DNA from: the human T2T-CHM13v2.0 reference genome, Homo sapiens
Assembly (NCBI RefSeq): GCF_009914755.1
Contig: NC_060933.1
Length of the DNA stretch: 64,000 bases
Strand: one strand, 5' to 3'
Made by a program: the position numbers and the translations under genes. Position 1 is the first letter of the stretch; every line of letters begins with the position of its first letter. Shown here piece after piece: positions 56,001 to 64,000 of the stretch. A model generated the notes under the pieces. That model had not been told where the DNA came from, did not search any database, and saw only the letters and a program-made list of their open reading frames with translations.

Positions 56001-59000
56001 TTCCATTCCATTCCATTCCATTCCATTCCGGATTATTCCATTCCATTGCATTCCATTCCATTCCATTCCCCTGCACTCGTGTTGATTCCATTCCCTTCCA
56101 TTCCATTCCATTCCATTCCATTCCATTCTATTCCGATTAATTCCATTCCATTCCATTCCATTCCATTCCATTCCATTGCAATCGAGTTGATTCCATTCCA
56201 TTCCTTTCCATTCCATTCCATTGCCTTGCATTCCACTCGGGTTGATTCCATTCCCTTCTTTCCACTCCATTACATTCCCTTCCATGATTGATTCCATTCC
56301 ATTCCATTCCATTTCATTCCATTGCAATCCATTCCAATCCATTCCATTCCATTCCATTCCACTCGAGTTGACTTCATTCCATTCCTTTCCATTCCATTCC
56401 ATTCCTTTCCACTCGAGTTGATTCCATTCCATTCCAATCCATTGCATTCCATTCCATGCCATTCCACTCGGGTTGATTCCATTCCTTTGCATTCCATTCC
56501 ATTCCATTCCATTCCATTCCATTCCATTCCGTTGCATTCCATTCCATTACATTCGGATTGATTCTATTCAACTCCCTTACTCTCCATTACATTCCATTCC
56601 ATTCGGGTTGTTCCATTCCATTCCATTCCACTCCATTCCATTGCACTCGGGTTGATTCCATTCCATTCCATTCCATTCCATTCCATTCCGGATGATTCCA
56701 TTCCATTGCATTCCGTTCCATTACATTCCCCTGCACTCGCGTTGATTCCATTCCATTCCATTCCATTCCATTCCATTCAATTCCATTCCATTACAATTCG
56801 TTCCATTCCATTCTATTCCGTACCATTCCATTCCATTCCATACCATTCCATTCCATTCCATTCCATTCCATTCCATTCCATTCCGTTCCATTCCGTTCCA
56901 TTCCATTCCATTCCAGTCTATTCGGGTTAATCCCATTCCATTCCATTCCATTCCATTCTATTCCATTCCATTGCAATCGAGTTGAATCCATTGCATTTCA
57001 TTCCATTCCATTCCATTCCATTCCATTCCGGAAGATTCCATTCCATTGCATTCCATTACATTCCAATCCCCTGCACTCGCGTTGATTCCATTCCATTCCA
57101 TTCCATTCCATTCCATTCCATTCCATTCCGTTCCGTTCCATTCCATTCCATTCCATTCCATTCCATTCCGTTCCGTTCCATTCCATTCCTTTCCATTCTA
57201 TTCGGGTTAATTCCATTCCATTCCATTCGATTGCAATCGTGTTGATTCCATTCCATTCCATTCCATTCCAGTTCGTTCCATTCCGTTCTATTCCGTACCA
57301 TTCCATTCCATTCCATTCCTTTCCATTCCATTCCTTTCCACTCGTGTTGATTCCATTCCTTTCCATTCCATTCGGTTTGAAGGCATTCCATTCCATTCCA
57401 TTCCATTCCATTCCGTTCCATTCCATTCCATTCCATTCCATTCCATTCCATTCCATTCCATTCCATTCCGTTCCGTTACATTCCATTCCATTCCATTCTA
57501 TTCGGGTTAATTCCATTCCATTCCATTCGATTGCCATCGAGTTGATTCCATTCCATTCCATTCCATTCCATTCCATTCCATTCCTTTCCATTCCATTACG
57601 GATGACTCCATTCCATTGCATTCCATTCCATTCCATTCCCCTGTACTCGGGTTGATTCCATTCCATTCCATTCCACTCCACTCGGTTCCGTTGCATTCCA
57701 TTCTATTGCATTCCATTCTATTCGGGTTAATTCCATTCCATTCTATTCCATTCCATTCCATTCCATTCCATTGCAATGGAGTTGATTCCATTCCATTCCA
57801 TTCCATTCCGGATGATTCCATTCCATTACATTCCATTCCATTCCATTCCCCTGCACTCGTGTTCTTTCCATTCCGTTCCATTCCATTCCATTCCATTCTA
57901 TTCCGGTTAATTCCATTCCATTCCATTCCATTCCATTCCATTCCATTCCATTCCATTCCATTCCATTGCAATCGAGTTGATTCCATTCCATTCCTTTCCA
58001 TTCCATTCCATTGCCTTGCATTCCACTCGGGTTGATTCCATTCCCTTCTTTCCACTCCATTACATTCCCTTCCATTCCACTCGGAATGATTAATTCCATT
58101 CCATTCCATTCCATTTCATTCCATTGCAATCCATTCCAATCCGTTCCATTCCATTCCATTCCACTCGAGTTGACTTCATTCCATTCCTTTCCATTCCATT
58201 CCATTCCTTTCCACTCGAGTTGATTCCATTCCATTGCAATCCATTGCATTCCATTCCATGCCATTCCACTCGGGTTGATTCCATTCCTTTGCATTCCATT
58301 CCTTTCCATTCCATTCCATTCCGTTGCATTCCATTCCATTACATTCGGATTGATTCTATTCAACTCCCTTACTCTCCATTACATTCCATTCCATTCGGGT
58401 TGTTCCATTCCATTCCATTCCATTCCACTCCATTCCATTGCACTCGGGTTGATTCCATTCCATTCCATTGCATTCCATTCCATTCCGGATGATTCCATTC
58501 CATTGCATTCCATTCCATTACATTCCCCTGCACTCGCGTTGATTCCATTCCATTCCATTCCATTCCATTCAATTCCATTCCATTACAATTCGTTCCATTC
58601 CATTCTATTCCATACGATTCCATTCCATTCCATACCATTCCATTCCATTCCATTCCATTCCATTCCATTCCATTCCGTTCCATTCCGTTGCATTCCATTC
58701 CATTCCATTCTATTCGGGTTAATTCCATTTCATTCCATTCCATCCCATTCTATTTCATTCCATTGCAATCGAGTTGAATCCATTGCATTTCATTCCATTC
58801 CATTCCATTCCGGAAGATTCCATTCCATTGCATTCCATTCCATTCCATTCCCCTGCCCTCGCGTTGATTCCATTCCATTCCATTCCATTCCATTCCATTC
58901 CATTCCGTTCCGTTCCGTTCCATTCCATTCCATTCCATTCCATTACATTCCGTTCCGTTCCATTCCATTCCATTCCATTCTATTCGGGTTAATTCCATTC

Positions 59001-60399
59001 CATTCCATTGGATTGCAATCGTGTTGATTCCATTCCATTCCATTCCATTCCATTCCATTCCATTCCATTCCTTTCCATTCCATTACGGATGATTCCATTC
59101 CATTGCATTCCATTCCATTCCATTCCCCTGTACTCGGGTTGATTCCATTCCATTGCATTCCAATCCATGCCCTTCCACTCGTGTTGATTCCATTCTTTCC
59201 ATTCCATTCAAGTTGAATCCATTCCATTGCATTCCATTCCATTCGATTCCATTCGATTGCACTCGGGTTGATTCCATTCCATTGCATTCCATTCCATTCC
59301 ATTCCATTCCATTCCATTCCGTTCCATTCCATTCCATTACATTCGGATTGATTCTATTCAATTCCCTTACACTCCATTACATTGCATTCCATTCGGGTAG
59401 TTTCCATTCCATTCCATTCCATTCTTCTCCATTCCATTGCACTCGGGTTGATTCCATTCCATTGCATTCCATTCCATTCCATTCAATTCCATTCCGTTCC
59501 ATTCCATTCCATTACATTCGGATTGATTCTATTCAACTCCCTTACTCTCCATTCCATTCCATTCCATTCGGGTTGTTCCATTCCATTCCATTCCATTCCA
59601 CTCCATTCCATTGCACTCGGGTTTATTCCATTTCATTCCATTCCATTCCATTCCATTCCATTCCATTCCGGAAGATCCCATTCCATTGCATTCCATTCCA
59701 TTCCATTCCCCTGCACTCGCGTTGATTCCATTCCATTCCATTCCATTCCATTCCATTCCATTCCATTCCATTCCTTTCCGTTCCATTCCATTCCATTCCA
59801 TTCCATTCCATTCCATTCCATTCCGTTCCGTTCCGTTCCCTTCCATTCCATTCCATTCCATTCCATTCCAATCGGGTTAATTCCATTCCATTCCATTCGA
59901 TTGCAATCGAGTTGATTCCATTCCATTCCATTCCATTCCATTCCATTCCATTCCATTCCTTTAAATTCCATTACGGATGATTCCATTCCATTGCATTCCA
60001 TTCCATTCCATTCCCCTGTACTAGGGTTGATTCCATTCCATTCCATTCCAATCCATGCCATTCCACTCGTGTTGATTCCATTCTTTCCATTCCATTCAAG
60101 TTGAATCCATTCCATTGCATTCCATTCCATTCCATTCCCCTGCAGTCGGGTTGATTCCATTCCATTCCATTCCATTCCATTCCATTCCGTTCCGTTCCGT
60201 TCCGTTCCGTTCCATTCCATTCCTTTCCATTCTATTCGGGTTAATTCCATTCCATTCCATTCCATTCCATTCCACTCCATTCCATTCCTTTCCATTCCAT
60301 TCCACTCGGGTTGATTCCAATGTATTCCTTTCCATTCCATTCCATTCCATTGCAATCGAGTTGATTCCATTGCTTTGCATTCCATTCCATTCCATTCCA

Positions 60400-63300
60400 T
60401 TCCGGATGATTCCATTCCATTGCATTCCATTCCATTCCATTCCCCTGCACTCGGGTTGATTCCATTCCATTCCACTCCATTCCGTTCCATTCCATTCCAT
60501 TCCATTGTATTCGGGTTAATTCCATTCCATTCCATCCCATTCCATTCCATTCCATTACAATCGAGTTGATTCCATTCCATTCCATTCCATTCCATTCCAT
60601 TCCAGTCCTTTCCATTCCATTCCACTCGGGTTGATTCCATTCTATTAGTTTCCATTCCATTCCATTCCCTTCCATTCCACTCTGGTTGATTCCATTCCTT
60701 TCCATTCCACTAGAATACATTCCCTCCTGTTCCACTCGAAACGATTCCATTCCATTCCATTCCATTCCATTCCATTCCATTCCATTCCATTCCAGTTCGT
60801 TCCATTCCGTTCTATTCCGTACCATTCCATTCCTTTCCATTCCTTTCCATTCCATTCCATTGCACTCGTGTTGATTCCATTCCTTTCCATTCCATTCGGT
60901 TTGAAGGCATTCCATTCCATTCCATTCCATTCCATTCCAGTCCATTCCATTCTATTCCATTCCATTGCAATCGAGTTGAATCCATTGCCTTTCATTCCAT
61001 TCCATTCCATTCCATTCCATTCCGGAAGATTCCATTCCATTGCATTCCATTCCATTCCATTCCCCTGCACTCGCGTTGATTCCATTCCATTCCATTCCAT
61101 TCCATTCCGTTCCGTTCCATTCCATTCCATTCCATTCCATTCCATTCCGTTCCGTTCCATTCCATTCCATTCCATTCTATTCGGGTTAATTCCATTCCAT
61201 TCCATTCGATTGCCATCGAGTTGATTCCATTCCATTCCATTCCATTCCATTCCATTCCATTCCATTCCATTCCTTTCCATTCCATTACGGATGACTCCAT
61301 TCCATTGCATTGCATTCCATTCCATTCCTCTGTACTCGGGTTGATTCCATTCCATTCCATTCCACTCCATTCGGTTCCATTGCATTCCATTCTATTGCAT
61401 TCCATTCTATTCGGGTTAATTCCATTCCATTCTATTCCATTCCATTCCATTCCATTGCAATGGAGTTGACTCCATTCCATTCCATTCCATTCCGGATGAT
61501 TCCATTCCATTGCATTCCATTCCATTCCATTCCCCTGCACTCGTGTTGATTCCATTCCCTTCCATTCCATTCCATTCCGTTCCATTCCATTCCATTCCAT
61601 TCTATTCCGGTTAATTCCATTCCATTCCATTCCATTCCATTCCATTCCATTCCATTCCATTGCAATCGAGTTGATTCCATTCCATTCCTTTCCATTCCTT
61701 TCCATTGCCTTGCATTCCACTCGGGTTGATTCCATTCCCTTCTTTCCACTCCATTACATTCCCTTCCATGATTGATTCCATTCCATTCCATTCCATTTCA
61801 TTCCACTCGAGTTGACTTCATTCCATTCCTTTCCATTCTATTCCATTCCTTTCCACTCGAGTTGATTCCATTCCATTCCAATCCATTGCATTCCATTCCA
61901 TGCCATTCCACTCGGGTTGATTCCATTCCTTTGCATTCCATTCCATTCCATTCCATTCCATTCCATTCCATTCCATTCCGTTGCATTCCATTCCATTACA
62001 TTCGGATTGATTCTATTCAACTCCCTTACTCTCCATTACATTCCATTGCATTCGGGTTGTTCCATTCCATTCCATTCCATTCCACTCCATTCCATTGCAC
62101 TCGGGTTGATTCCATTCCATTCCATTCCATTCCATTCCATTCCGGATGATTCCATTCCATTGCATTCCGTTCCATTACATTCCCCTTCACTCGCATTGAT
62201 TCCATTCCATTCCATTCCAATCCATTCAATTCCATTCCATTACAATTCGTTCCATTCCATTCTATTCCGTACCATTCCATTCCATTCCATACCATTCCAT
62301 TCCATTCCATTCCATTCCATTCCATTCCATTCCGTTACATTCCGTTCCATTCCATTCCATTCCATTCTATTCGGGTTAATCCCATTCCATTCCATTCCAT
62401 TCCATTCTAATCCATTCCATTGCAATCGAGTTGAATCCATTGCATTTCATTCCATTCCATTCCATTCCATTCCATTCCATTCCGGAAGATTCCATTCCAT
62501 TGCATTCCGTTCCATGCCATTCCCCTGCACTCGCGTTGATTCCATTCCATTCCATTCCATTCCATTCCATTCCATTCCATTCCGTTCGGTTCCGTTCCAT
62601 TCCATTCCATTCCATTCCATTCCATTCCATTCCGTTCCGTTCCAATCCATTCCATTCCATTCTATTCGGGTTAATTCCATTCCATTCCATTCGATTGCAA
62701 TCGTGTTGATTCCATTCCATTCCATTCCATTCCGGATGATTCCATTCCATTGCATTCCATTCCATTCCATTCTCCTGCACTCGGGTTGATTCCATTCCAT
62801 TCCACTCCATTCCGTTCCATTCCATTCCATTCCATTGTATTCGGGTTAATTCCATTCCATTCCATTCCATTCCATTCCATTCCATTACAATCGAGTTGAT
62901 TCCATTCCATTCCATTCCATTCCATTCCATTCCAGTCCTTTCCATTCCATTCCACTCGGGTTGATTCCATTCTATTAGTTTCCATTCCATTCCATTCCCT
63001 TCCATTCCACGCTGGTTGATTCCATTCCTTTCCATTCCACTCGAATACATTCCCTCCTATTCCACTCGGAACGATTCCATTCCATTCCATTCCATTCCAT
63101 TCCATTCCATTCCATTCCATTCCAGTTCGTTCCATTCCGTTCTATTCCGTACCATTCCATTCCATTCCATTCCTTTCCATTCCATTCCTTTCCACTCGTT
63201 TTGATTCCATTCCTTTCCATTCCATTCGGTTTGAAGGCATTCCATTCCATTCCATTGCATTCCATTCCATTCCATTCCATTCCATTCTATTCCATTCCAT

Positions 63301-63880
63301 TGCAATCGAGTTGAATCCATTGCCTTTCATTCCATTCCATTCCATTCCATTCCATTCCGGAAGATTCCATTCCATTGTATTCCATTCCATTCCATTCCCC
63401 TGTACTCGCGTTGATTCCATTCCATTCCATTCCATTCCATTCCGTTCCGTTCCATTCCATTCCATTCCATTCCATTCCGTTCCGTTCCATTCCATTCCAT
63501 TCAATTCTATTCGGGTTAATTCCATTCCATTCCATTCGATTGCCATCGAGTTGATTCCATTCCATTCCATTCCATTCCATTCCTTTCCATTCCATTCCAT
63601 TCCATTCCATTACGGATGACTCCATTCCATTGCATTCCATTCCATTCCATTCCTCTGTACTCGGGTTGATTCCATTCCATTCCATTCACCTCCATTCGGT
63701 TCCATTGCATTCCATTCGACTGCATTCCATTCTATTCGGGTTAATTCCATTCCATTCTATTCCATTCCATTCGATTCCATTCCATTGCAATGGAGTTGAT
63801 TCCATTCCATTCCATTCCATTCCGGATGATTCCATTCCATTGCATTCCATTCCATTCCATTCCCCTGCACTCGGGTTGAT
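60400..63880 (-). repeat. Duplication with 2.33-kb offset (60400-61560 vs 62730-63880)
   Basis: Words are colinear at offset 2330-2335: TCCGGATGAT 60401/62731, TCCAGTCCTT 60601/62931, TCCAGTTCGT 60791/63121, TGCCATCGAG 61211/63541. Confidence 0.8.
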
Positions 63881-64000
63881 TCCATTCCATTCGATTACAT
63901 TACATTCCGTTCCATTCCATTCCATTCCATTCGGATTGATTTTATTCAATTCCCTTACACTCCATTACATTCCATTCCATTCGGGTAGTTTCCATTCCTT

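Larger units (their letters stand above)
30550..64000 (-). repeat. Satellite III (HSat3) array in opposite orientation, (CATTC)n on +
   Basis: The same vocabulary is reverse-complemented: CATTC runs with ACTCGGGTTG, AATCGAGTTG, ATTCGGGTTAA and CCCCTGCACTCG. It continues to the window end without switching back. Confidence 0.97.

Noticed and set aside
1-61430. Whole-window mirror symmetry suggested by 10-400 matching the reverse complement of ~61020-61420
   Set aside because: Colinearity ends after about 400 bp, and equivalent copies lie at ~57.5 and ~63.5 kb, so the symmetric position looks coincidental.
28-63949. Hundreds of ORFs encoding MEWNG- or IPFHS-repeat proteins (up to 388 aa)
   Set aside because: Three pentamers give five stop-free codons in every frame on both strands, so overlapping ORFs arise automatically. 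There are no domains or gene structure. Database matches to such hypothetical proteins typically reflect human satellite contamination.
1-64000. CRISPR-like alternation of repeats and spacers
   Set aside because: The spacer-like words are a small recurring vocabulary derived from the pentamer, run lengths vary, and there are no cas genes or leader.
1-64000. HSat2, alpha satellite, telomeric repeat, GGAA microsatellite or inserted transposon
   Set aside because: The array lacks the dominant CATTCGATT/GATGATT 23-26-bp HSat2 pattern, 171-bp monomers, TTAGGG runs and pure GGAA tetramer runs. No Alu, L1, poly-A tail or unique segment was seen.
1-64000. Assignment to a specific chromosome or HSat3 subfamily
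   Set aside because: This requires k-mer comparison or alignment to a T2T reference and cannot be supported by eye.

Overview
The whole 64 kb is primate, very probably human, Satellite III (HSat3) DNA: degenerate (GGAAT)n pentamers punctuated by the diagnostic CAACCCGAGT/CAACTCGATT-type words. It contains no credible protein-coding genes, RNA genes, transposons or CRISPR arrays. The supplied ORFs are in-silico translations of the pentamer (MEWNG / IPFHS repeats). The real content is structural. (1) There is one sharp strand switch at 30550-30551, with GGAAT on + to the left, CATTC on + to the right, and a 2-bp CC microhomology. (2) There are several recent tandem duplications (about 4.03, 3.0, 2.33, 1.5 and 0.24 kb) and an older relationship of about 7.4 kb. 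(3) A distinct sequence-dialect domain spans about 39.7-53 kb. (4) Rare variant blocks are shared in inverted orientation across the switch. (5) A recurrent word, GGAATCTTCCGGAAT, is a perfect nGAAnnTTCnnGAAn heat-shock element. I see no evidence of a novel gene system. Chromosome and HSat3 subfamily cannot be assigned by eye. All counts and offsets were made manually.
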